Below, in pieces: positions 1 through 12,352 of a DNA stretch of 64,000 nt; positions within the stretch are counted from its first letter, which is position 1; the number at the start of each line of letters is the position of its first letter. Under the pieces are notes generated by a model. That model had not been told where the DNA came from and did no database searches. It saw only the letters and a list, made by a program, of their open reading frames with translations. This DNA is from Lama glama (lineage: Eukaryota). A program made the position numbers and the translations under genes. The DNA lies in the NCBI GenBank assembly GCA_028534125.1, contig CM052816.1, positions 58,344,001 through 58,408,000 of the forward strand, given 5' to 3'.

Positions 1-125
1 TGATGGTTGTGTTAAGTAACCATATTGTGGTAACCACTTCACAATATGTAAGTGTATCAAATCATCACATTTTACATCTTAAACTTACACAATGTATGAC
101 AATTATATGTAAATAAAGCTGGGAG
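1..125 (+). mobile_element. Old L1 (L1M) 3' end
   Basis: Typical L1M 3' terminus (..atcatcacattttacatcttaaacttacacaatgt..aataaagctggg). Confidence 0.7.
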
Positions 126-423
126 GGCAGGCAGACAAAAAACGCTGCCTATTTTGGTAGAGCATTATAAATGTTTTTTTATTGGATAAACTATACAAAA
201 TAACTTTAATTATTTTAAGTGTGGTGTTATTAATAACCATGACCTTCCTAAACGGAGAAAGGTAAAAATACTCGTAAAATATCCATGAGTCTTTGACGTG
301 TTGATGGCTCCCATCAACGGAAAGCCATCTAGTCTTAATTTTTTTAAGTTTTCTGACATGGATGTAAATTTTAACTGAAAATATAACATAATTTACTATT
401 TTAAAATACTTACTGTCTTCCTT

Positions 424-784
424 TGTGGGCTGGCAAACTAGCCCCACACACGGAGGACCAGAAGAGACGGAGGAGAGGCGGCCGCTCCAGGTTGTGAGGT
501 GGCAGGTGTAATAAGCGGCAAACTCACATTGGAGGTTAGACGCGGCCGAGAGACGAGGAGGTCACCACATTTGCCCACCAGGCTCTTAAAAGTTTACAGA
601 GAGGCCTTAGTGGGGTTCAGTGACGTATTCAGTCCAGACGGTCCCAACACCTTCCTCCCTCAAGGCGGCGTTCTTCAAGCTACAGCAATAGCCGGCGGTC
701 GGGGAGGGGGAGGAACCAACGACCAGCCGGTTCCGGGTCAGGGGTCAACGGGTGGTCACATCCTCCCCGTGACCTCCTCAAACA
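424..784 (-). mobile_element. Solo LTR (ERVL-like by 5-bp TSD), CpG-rich
   Basis: TG...CA termini; perfect 5-bp TSD TCCTT at 419-423 and 785-789; ~21 CpG counted in 361 bp; orientation inferred from TATA-like and ATTACA poly(A)-like motifs on the minus strand. Confidence 0.8.
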
Positions 785-879
785 TCCTTCTCAAAACGCC
801 TCACCCCTGAACTGTGGTCATCTATCTGTGAACAGCTCAAAAAACTAAACTGACTTTTGATACACAATGCAGCCTAAAT

Positions 880-920
880 TGAACATCACACACACAAATG
901 TTTGAATTATTAATTTTATT
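880..920 (-). terminator. Probable distal poly(A) site of MCCC2
   Basis: Minus strand AATAAA (920-915), CA 14 nt later (900-899), then GU-rich TTTGTGTGTGTGATGTT downstream element. Confidence 0.6.
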
Positions 921-1007
921 AGGAAAGCATTTGATAGTTGTATTAAATCATATATCACTTAATTTTAAAATGATGTGGCCTGACGACACAATTAAGACAG
1001 GGACTTT

Positions 1008-1800
1008 TCATTCATTCAACAAATAACTGAGCACCTATAAGTGCCAGGAATTGGAAATTTAGGCCAAATAGGAGGATCCCTGCTCTCACAGAGCTCACAT
1101 TCTATAGAGCAGGACGACACTATTAAAGAAATGTTTATATTTCTTATAACACAAAAGACAGAGGGAGTGACAGGAAGTAGATGGTGCTCTACAGGAGCAC
1201 ATAGTAAGTGTCTAACCCAGCCCAGGCAAATCACAAAGACAAAGAGATAAGTATTTTAAGAAGGGAGAAAAGAACAGTTCAGGCAGAGGGAAACTGATAG
1301 ACGCTTGGGTGGGTGGGTGGGACTTTGTAGGTTCAAGGAACTGGAAAAAGTCTCGAACGGGTGCAGTACCAAGTGTGAAAAGAGGAGTCAAGGAGATGAG
1401 ACTGAAAAGATGATGACCAAGATCCAGGGAGGGCATTAGGGGTTTGCACTTCTACAAGGAACCAAGGAAAGATGTCAGTAAGGGAGCAGCAGGACAGATG
1501 TGCACTTCAGAAGGCCATCCTCATTCCAGAGTGATGGAGAGACTGGAATAGGTTAAGACTGGTTGCAGGTAGACCACTTCTAAGGCCTGTGTAAAAGATA
1601 AAAATAGAGGGGGAATTTAAGAGATAGCAGGCAAAATCGATAGAACTTGATAACTGAATCTGAGGTTCCTCAGACCTGTTCAATTATGCCGGTCTGGTGC
1701 TCAGGGGAGAACTATATTAACAACAGTCAATACAGGGATCATCTCCATTTAGATGGCAACTGAAGCCGTAAGAAGGGCTAAATTCAACCAGTGAGAATAA
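1008..1800 (-). mobile_element. L2 LINE fragment (3' end), continuing degraded at ~2850-3210
   Basis: ttcattcattcaacaaata..gagcacctataagtgccagg is the reverse complement of the L2 3' terminus. Confidence 0.65.
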
Positions 1801-1840
1801 ATCAAGCAATGAAAAACACATACATTTAAGAATGAGGAGG

Positions 1841-2003
1841 CACAGGGAAATATATACAAGATCTTGTGGTAGCTCACAGCGAAAAAGAATGTGACAATGA
1901 ACATATGTATGTTCACGTATAACTGAAAAATTGTACTCTACACTGGAAATTGACACAACGCTGTAAACTGACTCTAACTCAATTTTTAAAAAGTTTAAAA
2001 AAA
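1841..2003 (+). mobile_element. Young camelid-type L1 3' end, 5'-truncated
   Basis: Perfect 13-bp TSD AAGAATGAGGAGG at 1828-1840 and 2004-2016; A-tail; near-identical to the copy at ~31740-31900. Confidence 0.85.
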
Positions 2004-2016
2004 AAGAATGAGGAGG

Positions 2017-2560
2017 AATAATATTCAGCCATAAAAAAGAACAGAATCTTGCCATTTGCAACAACAATGGATGGACCTTGAGGTCACTATGCTAAATGAA
2101 GTAAGTTAGACAGAGAAAGACAAATATCATAAGATCTCACTTATATTTGGAAACCAAAAAACAAAACAAAGCAAAACAAAAAAAACCAAGCTCATAGACA
2201 GATTGGTGATTACCAGAGAAGAGAGGGATAGGAATGGACAAAATAAGTGAAGGGGGTCAAAAGGTACAAACTTCCAGTTATAAAATAAATAAGTCCTGGG
2301 GATGTAATATACAGCATGGTAACTGCAATTAATAATACTGTAGTGCATATTTGAAATTTGCTAGGCAAGAAGACTTTAAGTCTCATCAGAAGAAAAAAAG
2401 AAAAAAAAAAACTTTGTAACTCTGTATGATGATGGATGGTAACCAGACTTATTTTGGTGATCATTTTGCAGTATATACAAATATTGAATCATTATGTTTA
2501 TACCTGAAACTAATATTGTGTGATGTTCAATTATATCTCAATTTAAAAAAAAGGAAGAAA
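2017..2560 (+). mobile_element. L1 (L1MA9-like) ORF2 end and 3' UTR
   Basis: aatcttgccatttgcaacaac..tggatggaccttgagg..atgctaaatgaagtaag L1 signature, ends in A-tail. Confidence 0.8.
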
Positions 2561-2574
2561 GAAAAAGGAGATGT

Positions 2575-2780
2575 GCCAGAGCCAGGGAGAGGAGGGAATG
2601 AGGAGTTAACTGTTTAATAACAGAGTTTCAGTTTCAGATGATGAAAAGTTCTGGAGATGGATGGTGGTGATGGTTTACACAACAATGTTCCGTGTACTTA
2701 ATGTCACAGAACAGCACAGTTAAAAACGGTTAAAATGGTAAACTTTATGTTATATATATTTTACCATAGTTAAAAGACAA
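2575..2780 (+). mobile_element. L1MB-type 3' end
   Basis: gatgaaaagttctggagatggatggtggtgatggtt..acaacaatg signature. Confidence 0.75.
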
Positions 2781-3505
2781 TGAATGTGTCTTTTAGAATA
2801 AGAAAGTATTCACATACTACCAGTGAAAAATCAAGACAAATGGTGAAGGGAAGGAGGATTCAGCAGAGGATGTGGGGCCTGCAAAGAAAACTGGGAGAGA
2901 ATGACCAAGGAGGTTGGTAGGAAACCTAGAGCGTTAGTCATGGACGCTAATGACAGCATTTCTAGGAGGAAGTGTCTGATGTGAATGCCCCAGAGAATTA
3001 AATCAGATAAAAGTCGGAAAGAAGCCCCCTGGTTTCAGCAACATAGAGGTCAATAGTGACCCTGGAGAGGGCTGTTAGCAGAGGAAGCCAGAAAGCGAGA
3101 GGGTGAGGAGAGGACAGGTAGGAAATAGAGCCCACAGTGCAGACAGCAAGAAGTTTGCCAATTATGGAAGCGGAGGACAGTGGCTGGAGGGAAAAGTAAC
3201 TGATTTTTTTAAAGTACATTTAAAAAATCACCATGCATAATCAGCAAAGCAATCTCTTCAGTGGAAACACAACTTTATGTTAATAATCTCAACAATGCCT
3301 GGAATTTACAGATTACAGAACTTTTCATACTACTTATGGTTTTAAAAGGGTAACTGTCAAGTTAGTCTCTTTTATGGGTGGTAAAGCTAAGCCACAGAAA
3401 AGTTTCTCTGAGAAAATTTACAAGGAATTGAAGGTCATGAAATAAATATCTTCACTGACATTTTTTAAGGTAGAAAAGTACAATGCACTGTGTTAAGAAA
3501 ACAAG

Positions 3506-3511
3506 TTTACT
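3506..3511 (-). terminator. Possible proximal variant poly(A) signal AGTAAA
   Basis: AGTAAA on minus strand ~90 nt after the stop codon, with U-rich sequence following. Confidence 0.3.
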
Positions 3512-3603
3512 GTAATAGCCACATGTTGAAAAAGTTGAAAATTTTAAGGCTACTAATTATTAATTTTTAGTACATGTCCAGCGGAAGATGCTTTACATTC
3601 CAA

Positions 3604-3721
3604 TTACATCCTGAAGGTGCCAAAGCTAGTCTTCTGGATTGGTGCGTTGAGGGCTGCGCTAAGACTGAGACCCAGCACCAGTCTGGTGTCCACTGGATCA
3701 ATAATCCCATCATCCCACAGC
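3604..3721 (-). CDS. MCCC2: MCCC2 exon 17 coding part [38 protein letters not shown]
   Basis: Acceptor TTTTTATCAG; TAA stop at 3606-3604; 118 nt. Confidence 0.97.
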
Positions 3722-4827
3722 CTGATAAAAAAACAAAAAGTGAGTCATTAGGAATTCACCACGAAACCACCAATTACACACGCTATGCCTGAAAGTACCT
3801 AGGATGTTTTTCTTCCGGTAATATATGGACCTACTGATTAGCTTCCGTGTACTACAGTCTCACAACAGAGACCATGTTCAAGAGAGGGGTGGGAGAAAGA
3901 AAAATAACATGACTTTTGTCTCAGGATCCCACAAAATGTCAAATCAAGTTTATGGCTTTAGGAACAGCTTACTACAAGAAACCTCAAAATAATCCCTGGT
4001 TTTAAAATATTTTTATTTATTTCAGCAAAAACTTTCCAGTCCCTCCTTTGCCCACACAAGCATACAAATCAACTTGATACATTACTGCTGTTATTATGAA
4101 GAGCCACATAAACCCAGGTAATACTCTCCCACCAAAGTCCCTACTGGAAAAGGTATATTCCCCCAAACTCCTAAACTCTTAAGAAATTATGAAAATCATT
4201 AAATAGATTTCAGTACATTTTATTAATAAAATAAACACCTTCAGAAAACAAATAATAGCTTTAAACTACTTTGAGAAGAAACTTTTAAGTAAAAATCTTT
4301 GTTTTTCAAGGACAGCCTCAAATTCATAAAGAAAAATGAGAAGGAAATAATTGTTTTTTAAAGGTCATTAGTAGGTGGCAGTTTTGCTTTCTTTAAACAA
4401 ACTGCCTTCAGTATCTGGACATAGCATCAATTATTAAACCATACTTGTATCAACAGACCATGAATCAAATCTTTGCTCATAAAACATTCATAATAGGGAT
4501 CCTGAAGTATCAACAGCCAATAAAAAAATTACTCTTGTAATTTGTAACCAGGTCAATTGATTACACTCCCTTCTGAAGCCTACAGCAGAGTAATACAGCA
4601 AGCATGATGGTGCCAGGGCTGCTCCAGGTAAGAGGCCCTAATCAAACGTCAGACCAAGTTTGGCTATATAAACAACTGGGCAGAAGAAAATTGGCATACT
4701 GTAAATGTAACATGAGAATTAAGAAAAACATAGGAGGTTACAGCAGCAGATGATGACAGTGCTCTCTGAAAAGACAGAAAAGTCTAAACACCACGTTAAA
4801 GCTTAAACAGACCACAGAATTTTATTG

Positions 4828-4978
4828 GGCTTTTTTATTTATTTTTTGTTTGTTTGTTTATTTGGCTTTTGGGGGGGGTAATTAGGTCTATTTATTTGAT
4901 GGAGCTATTGAGGATTGAACCCAGGACCTCATGCATGCTAACAAGCATGTGCTCTACCACTGAGCTATGCCCTCCCCA
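4828..4978 (-). mobile_element. Vic-1-type tRNA-Ala-derived SINE
   Basis: Reverse complement GGGGAGGGCATAGCTCAGTGGTAGAGCACATGC..GAGGTCCTGGGTTCAATCC, cctaattacccccc tail and A-rich end. Confidence 0.85.
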
Positions 4979-6596
4979 ATCATTGTTAAGCTGAGATTTA
5001 TTAAACCCAAGGACAGTGCCATAAACTGGCATAAAAATCCTTTCATCTTTGAAAGAAAGCTGGTGTGTCCGTGCTACCAACTGTTTACATAGAAGGGTTA
5101 AACATCTCCAAATTAACAGAAAAACCTTACTGTTTTTCGATATTAATTTCCAAAGATAAGTCCATCTGGGTCATTTGCTCTCCTGTCTTGAGTATAATCC
5201 ATTAAAAAGAATAATAATGTAAGTATGGAAATAATGAAAGATTCAGTCTTAAGCAATGACTTAGCCAGGGCTGAAAAACAAATCAATGGCTCACATAAAA
5301 TAAGCTATTTTTCAAAGTTTAATATTTCGACTGTCCTTGTGAATTTCAGTCAAAGTCTTACATAAAAACAAACGAAAAACTATCGGTGAAGCTTAAGATG
5401 TGTATTTTCTCTTTGACCTTTTATATGGTTTTCTATTTCCCCTTTGCATCTACTGGCTACTATATAAGCCTATCTAAGTGATAGTAAAAACAACATATAT
5501 TTCTCAAATCAAAGACTATGAAATATTTTGTTCTTAATTTAATAAATCAATGACCAAACACAACAAAATATACCTGTACATTTGCTTGCAAAAGCACATA
5601 CTAACAAAAAGCAAAACAGGCTTTTTAAAACTCCCAAGTGGTATTATTTGAATTTTGAACCTAATTATGCTCTGGAAAATAAGTATGCTCCATCTTTGCA
5701 CCCACTTCCACCCCCAACATCAGGAGCAGTGCCTGCCACAAAAGATGCCTTCAAAATGACTGAAATGGATTTTAACTTTTGATTTTCTTTTCTCCCTCCT
5801 CTCCAGTTTGCCTTCACCAGTAAATAGCATAAATCACAGCATAACCTAACGTTAAAAGATACAGTGTTTTTCTTTTTACCAATCTGCCTGAGGGATAAAA
5901 GGAAGACATGAAGTTTAAATCATTCTTCAGAGTGAAGAACATTAAAGTTGTTGAAAAAAGGGGTCTGAAAGCACACATAAGTCTCCAGCAGGAACAGCTG
6001 TGATAATTTATCACCTCATTTAAGTGGTGTAAGAAACAGAACAAGAGCTGCAATGGTGTATGAGGTAATCGGGTGGTGTTAACACATGGACCCTGGCTAT
6101 GACTAATCACCTTCTGAATGCACAAGCACACTTGTTAACAAGTGTCAGTAAGTGTTCAACCAATCTCATGCTTAAAATGGGGTGAAAACAAAATATTCAG
6201 AGAGAGGTATGACAGGAATCCATATGTTAAACAAAAATCACTGCAGAATTAATTCCTGAAAGTAACACAGCCTGGATTATAATTCTTAACTTCCCAGCCC
6301 CAGCCCCAGTGTGGTCCATCTCTGGCTACAGTGCTCCTCCAGGCCTCGGATACTTCAACTAGGAAGGGAAGGGGTGGAGAGGGGCAGAATCAGACCAATG
6401 GTGGTGGATCCGCAGCCCCACCTGGGAGAAGTGGCAGCATTTCAGCAGCATGCATTTCCATTAAAGAGACAAAAGTACAAAATTAAGTGTATCCAAACAT
6501 TACTCTTTCTTTCTCAGGAAGGCTGGACCATTCCAATTGCTCAGGTCTCTGAAAAGCTGCTGCCCTGACTGCCAGGATGTGCCCATTAAGGAGTTA

Positions 6597-6755
<159 letters not shown>

Positions 6756-8547
6756 TCAAGAGAATCTCAAGGAAAGGGGGCAACAGATTTCATGAATGAT
6801 AATATTACAACCAACATCTGCATAGTGATGTATAGATTACAAGTGATGCTTTAACAAACATCATCTCCCCTGAGACACGAGTTTCAAATTAGTGCACTGT
6901 TATATCTCCCTTATCAGAATCAACATCCTGTGGCTGTTAAATGTAAGGTCAAAACCAAGGTTATCACATATCCCAGCAGGGTACAGCAATGGATATGAAT
7001 TATATGATATAACAAAAGAGCATTAATACATTTAGCAGCTTCTGTCTAAGAAGGTGAAAAAGTAGAGGATTTTCATTCCAAATAGCCAAAATTTTAAACA
7101 TTTCAAGCTTAAAGCAATAAGCATAAAACACATCAACCACATCTTAAATAACCTCTTCAATTTCCCAGATAGCTGAGAGATATTTTTCCCTAATTAAAAA
7201 TTAAATGGCTTGCCCATCAGTATTGCCAGAAACAAGCGATAATTAATTCAGACATAAAAATCTTTATGCAAACAAATTTTGAAACCCTGAAAAGCATTTT
7301 CAACTTAAAAAATATTCCACAACAAAAATAAATGATTTATTTCAAATAAACCCAACTTTTTTAATGTACTTCCAAGGTTTAATATCATTTATAGATCAAG
7401 AATTTGGAAGGAGAACAATTAAAATTTTATACTCCCATATATAAAAATACATGAATTCACGTATCTGTGTAACAAATTAATCAATAAGAGATCACCATGC
7501 TGGGCTAGAGTTCAAGACGTATCTTCAAAATACTAGGTAGAATTTCATATCCCCTACTCCCTCACTCCTCCCTATATACACATAAAAGTAAAGCTCTCCT
7601 TTTGCTTGGATAGTAGTCAGTACTAAAGTGAATCTGAAACCTCGATTAAAGTCTACAGAGTTACTACTGCTTGAAGAAGATAGCTGGGATGTGAGGCATG
7701 GGTGGGATGCATTCAACATTCAAGGAGGCAGGAACCATGCTCTGGCTTTATATTAGCCCGACTCCACCAGATGATCAATCACTAAATGACAGGACTGAGA
7801 GCTTGCAAAGGTAGGGCCTCCTCTGTGTTATGCCTTGTTATGATGAGACAGTGCACCTAAGCAACTTCAGGGACATACATCAATCATTTTAAGGCTTGGT
7901 GCTTACAAAATAGTTACAAGTTATAATAAAATTTAATGCAAAATTCCAGACAAATATCTAACAGAAACACAAACAAAAGAATTCATTTTAAAAGCAGCCA
8001 CTTGCAGATTTGCTTTTCACTAAGCTTCCAGTACCCTGTCCACCTTTCTTCATTTTATTTTCACACAGTGTAATATAATAATGGTATTCCATGCTCATTA
8101 GATGTCTGGGCCCTCCCACTCAAGGTATCCTTAACAACAATCTAAAAGTAAAATAGAAAACAGAATTCTGCCACTTTAGGGCATAAAATCAAAGATGTAA
8201 GTCAGATTTATTTAAATCTCACTAAATGCAAATGACTAAGAATCAAACATCTTTATGCCTCAGGCACCCAAAGACAGTGTTTTGGAAGTGTTTTCTTGGA
8301 GAATCTGAAAAATTTGTAAATTACCACGAGAAGGTACTTCAAATGAAATGACTCTAAAAAGAGAGAGGGAGAATGTCTAAGCCTAGGTTGCTAAACAACT
8401 TCCAGGTCACCATCTTCTAGGCAAAGCCAAGCTCTGCCTGTTGGAACTCTACCCACAAACCTGGAGGGGTCCTGACTGTGCTGCTCCCTGGCTCCACGGT
8501 ATTCTGGGGAAAGCCAAACCCAGGGACCAAGGAGAAATGGCATTTAC

Positions 8548-8662
8548 CTGTTTCCCTTCCCGTGCTCTTTGGTCCTTTGCTACTGTCACCAGCACGTTAG
8601 CTGCCTGCTCTCCTCCCATCACTGAGACACGAGCATTTGGCCACAGGTAGAGAAATCTTGGG
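8548..8662 (-). CDS. MCCC2: MCCC2 exon 15 [38 protein letters not shown]
   Basis: Contained in ORF 8449..8691; acceptor CTATAG, donor CAG|GTAAAT, 115 nt. Confidence 0.97.
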
Positions 8663-8747
8663 CTATAGCGGGGGAGAAAAAGAATGACCAAATGAATTCA
8701 CTGTATAGCACAGAAATATTCAGAGGCCCATATTTACCTTTTAAATT

Positions 8748-8892
8748 AGTGGTTCTTCATTCTAGCTGCACATTACAATTATCTGAAGGTTAAAAAGCAA
8801 CAACAACAATGCCTAGAACTCAACCTAGACTAATCTCCAGCAGTGGGGCCTGAGCATGGTAGGATTTTTAAGTTCTCCAGGTGATTCTGCTA
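8748..8892. mobile_element. MER5-type hAT-Charlie DNA transposon fossil
   Basis: agtggttcttca..gtggggcctgagcat..tttttaagttctccaggtgattctg. Confidence 0.65.
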
Positions 8893-8899
8893 TTCATTT

Positions 8900-9360
8900 T
8901 GATAGACTGTATTTTTCCATTTCACCTAAATTTACTGGGCAAGAAAGTATTCAAAATACCTCTTATTATCTGCAGTCAAGCCCTGTATTTCATTCTTAAT
9001 ATTAGTTACATGCACCTTCTCCTTTTATATTTTTCGTTTTACTGGGGGATTATCAAGTTTGTTAACATTTTTAAACAAAGCAACTTTGGACTTTTCTGAT
9101 TCTTCTATCTTTATAGTGTTTGCTCTTTATTATGTTCTGTTTCTATTTTTCTTGTGTTTAATATGCCAATCTTCTTTGAACTTCTTGAGGTGGCTACTTG
9201 GCTTATTGATTTTCAGCCTTACTTCTTTTCCAGGATATTTAGTTAAGTCCACACACCTTTCTCAAAGCAAGACTTCAGCTGCATCACACAAGTCATGATA
9301 TGTAGTATTTTCATTATTGGCTATTCCAAAATATTTTCTGATTCCCACTGTGGATTTCTT
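8900..9360 (-). mobile_element. Old L1 fragment, antisense
   Basis: T-rich L1-like sequence (ttcagctgcatcacacaag..atgatatgtagtattttcatt). Confidence 0.6.
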
Positions 9361-9562
9361 CCAAGTGGTACCTTTAGCATTAGATTTCATTTCACCCCTC
9401 CAAATGATACAAATTATGGTATAATTAAAAAATTATGGTATAATTAATCAAGATTTGTGAATGTCACTCTATATTTCAGATAAACTTGAAATAAACTGAG
9501 CATTCATAATTATATTTGAAGTATGATTCATTCTTTCAGAGACAACCATGACAACCACCTAC

Positions 9563-9719
9563 CTATATGCTCTGCCACACATCCCATAGTTTCCAGCCCC
9601 ATATGATCCCCCAATGATGACAGTTATCTTAGGCACATTGGCACAGGCCACGGCAGTCACCAACTTGGCGCCATCCTTGGCAATTCCTTCAGCTTCATAG
9701 TCTCTACCAATCATAAATC
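9563..9719 (-). CDS. MCCC2: MCCC2 exon 14 [51 protein letters not shown](S)
   Basis: Acceptor TCATAG, donor AG|GTAGGT, 157 nt; GGSYGAG carboxyltransferase motif. Confidence 0.97.
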
Positions 9720-10299
9720 CTATGAGAAAGAACAGAAAGAGAGCCTCTGGGTGATGGGATTAATGTGCAGAAGTCATCTTCACCAAGGTACGAGAAGGAC
9801 ATCTTGTCAAACTACATTTTACTACAGACCTCTCACGCTAACAAAATATTTATATGTGAAGTATACCCCCAAGAAAGTTTACCTTCAAGGTAAAATAAAA
9901 TTTTCCCTAATCATTTTTAAAATGTTTTAAATGATTCATCTGGACACACACAGAAATCCTCAAACAAGCTAAGAATGCAGCTTATCTTTAAGAAATTATC
10001 TTAAAACAGCAGCTTGGTGATAAAAGAACATGACACTGTAAGCTAAGAAAAAGTTCTGTACAAGCCCAGCTATGAGGGCTTCGGGATTCACTGACCTGGT
10101 TTAAAATACAGACTGTTCCTTCTGAAGTGCTGCTTTAAAACTTTGACAAAATAAAATTAATGTTTCATAGAGACGCTCAGAGTCCCTGTTGGTGACTTGA
10201 TAGTAAGGTAAAAGAATTCTTATTATAATTAAGGGATCTTTCTACTTCTTCAAGCTCCAGGCTCTGTTGAAACTGGTCTGCAGCTGCACTGGACCTTCC

Positions 10300-11100
10300 A
10301 GGCCTTGGAGTCCCTCTTCTTCACTTTCTAAGCTAAGTCAGGCTTCATCTGTCCCCCTCCCCACCTGCAGACTCATGCCCACTTGATTATTGTTGTTTTT
10401 GCTTTGCAATCCCTACCACCAGGTCATCCAACTCAACTCAGCCATTTCTTATGAATCACCTGTACTTGCTAAGGATGCAGTAGTACTGACATAAGAGCCT
10501 TGCCCTCACCAGACACCATCTGCTTCCTCTGTTTACCTGCACCTCCCCTCACCCAGGCCCTCTGAGCTGGGCCCTCAGAATAGCTCAAAAACCGCTTTAT
10601 CTATTTTATCTTGATTCCTGTAACATTTCCACAGCAGCTATCTCAAATATCTACTCTCTTTAAGCTCTCACTCCCTACCCACCATCCCACCAACCCACAA
10701 CCTCACTGCCCCGCTAGACCATGTGAATGATTTTACCTTCAAAAAGAAGTCTGAAGCTATCTCACTTTGCTTTCTCCAACCCTTCTTTTTCCTACTGTAA
10801 ACAGCAACATATCATGCTGCCTTTCTCCCTTTACTTTCATCTCTATGGAGGAAATTACAGTTACTCAAAGATTGTCCCTGAGTCCTTTCTCTTCTATCTG
10901 GGTGTTGCCTATTTCCACAGCTTTAAATAGCACCTCCATATCCTGATGATGCCTACATTTTCACTTCCAGCTAACATTCCTCTTCTGTGCTCAAGACTTT
11001 CTAGCTGCCTACCATTTATCTCCACATGGATGTCACACAGTTCCCTCAAATGCAATGTTACAAAACAAAACTCAAACCCTGCTCTCTGTCTCCAACCCAC
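10300..11100 (+). mobile_element. L2 fragment
   Basis: Pyrimidine-rich L2 pattern (atctccacatggatgtcacacagttccctcaaatgcaatg..aaactc). Confidence 0.55.
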
Positions 11101-11802
11101 CTAAAAAATAAAACAAAACAAATATGTAGGAATCTTCCAAGCACACAGTTTGACTTAATGCTGGTTAATAAATCATGAATCATTATTAGAAACCAGGTCT
11201 CTGGACTAGTGAAGTTTTACCTGTCCTTTTACAAGGTCTTTGTTACATAGAGCCCTCTCTGGGTGCCATCTTGATATAATTCCTCTCAAAAGTCATCTGA
11301 CCAAATATCTTAAACTTACGAACAGCACCAGATGAAGATGTTTTAGCACCAGTATTATTTAAAGCCGTGATGATTATCAAGAGCCAAACTGCTTCTCATA
11401 AAGGCATGCCTGATCCCAACTACAAATTAAGCATCTCTCCTTCCTCTGAACCTGAGATAACCATGCTTGACTTAGAAGACTGGGGGAAGAAAAGTTTTCA
11501 GCTAACCAACATATCTGAGGGCCTCATATATGTCAGGTACCATGCAACATACAAAAAAGTATAATATGAGAATCATACAATTCTAGGAAAAAGAGCTGTA
11601 CAACCATAAAATACCTTAAAAATCATTTCAAACTCCATGTTAAGATCATCTGTGGAACATAAACTCAGAGAGTTGACATTGGTCATACCACTCTCTGGAG
11701 TCAAAGCTCAAATCCCAAACTTTGGTTCAGGATGTGCATGTCCATTTTAAAAAGATATTGCTTCAGGTAGAATTAACTGCACAATAAAAGATGAGGAAAA
11801 GG

Positions 11803-11884
11803 GAGGAGGGGGTGGGTATAGCTTAATGGTAGACTGCAGGCTTAGCATGCACGAGGTCCCCAGTAGCTTCATTAAAAAAAAAAA
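11803..11884 (+). mobile_element. Vic-1-type SINE, internally deleted
   Basis: gggtatagcttaatggtagactgcaggcttagcatgcacgaggtccccagt..A-tail; B-box deleted. Confidence 0.75.
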
Positions 11885-12159
11885 GGAAGAAAATGGAAGA
11901 CCATAGCATGTGCCTGAAATCCTTTAAGGGAAACAAAGGACTAGGAAAGAGACGATAGGTCAGACAACACCTTTCTGCAGCAATCAGAGAGTGTTACCGG
12001 CAGAGAACAGCTCTGTTGCTTTCTGGGTGTGTAGGAAGAAAGGGAGGCAACTTAAATGTGATGCACAAAACTCAGAAACCGCTTCACTTAAAAATATGGA
12101 TAAATTCCCCCAAATGTTTAAAATTATGAAGCATTAACCCTTAAAGGTAATCTAAAAAA

Positions 12160-12243
12160 AGCATGTCCAATAAAACATTCTGCTATAATGAAAGTGTTCT
12201 ATAACTGCACTGTCCACTACATGAGCCATACTGGACAATGCAA
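12160..12243. mobile_element. MER3-like hAT fragment next to the exon 13 donor
   Basis: tgtccaataaaacattctgctataatgaaagtgttctata..ctggaca termini. Confidence 0.5.
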
Positions 12244-12285
12244 CTTTAGAATAAATGCAACCAACTGGTTAAGCTATTTTCTTAC

Positions 12286-12352
12286 CTGTAATGTTTTGAA
12301 GGAACAGCAGAGGGATATTCCTTTGGCAGCATAACTGGATAAAATGAGCCCC
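12286..12352 (-). CDS. MCCC2: MCCC2 exon 13 GAHFIQLCCQRNIPLLFLQNIT(G)
   Basis: Acceptor TTATAG, donor G|GTAAGA, 67 nt. Confidence 0.97.

Noticed and set aside
499..810. 103-aa + strand ORF
   Set aside because: Non-ATG (GTG) start, lies in a GC-rich LTR, no recognisable protein similarity
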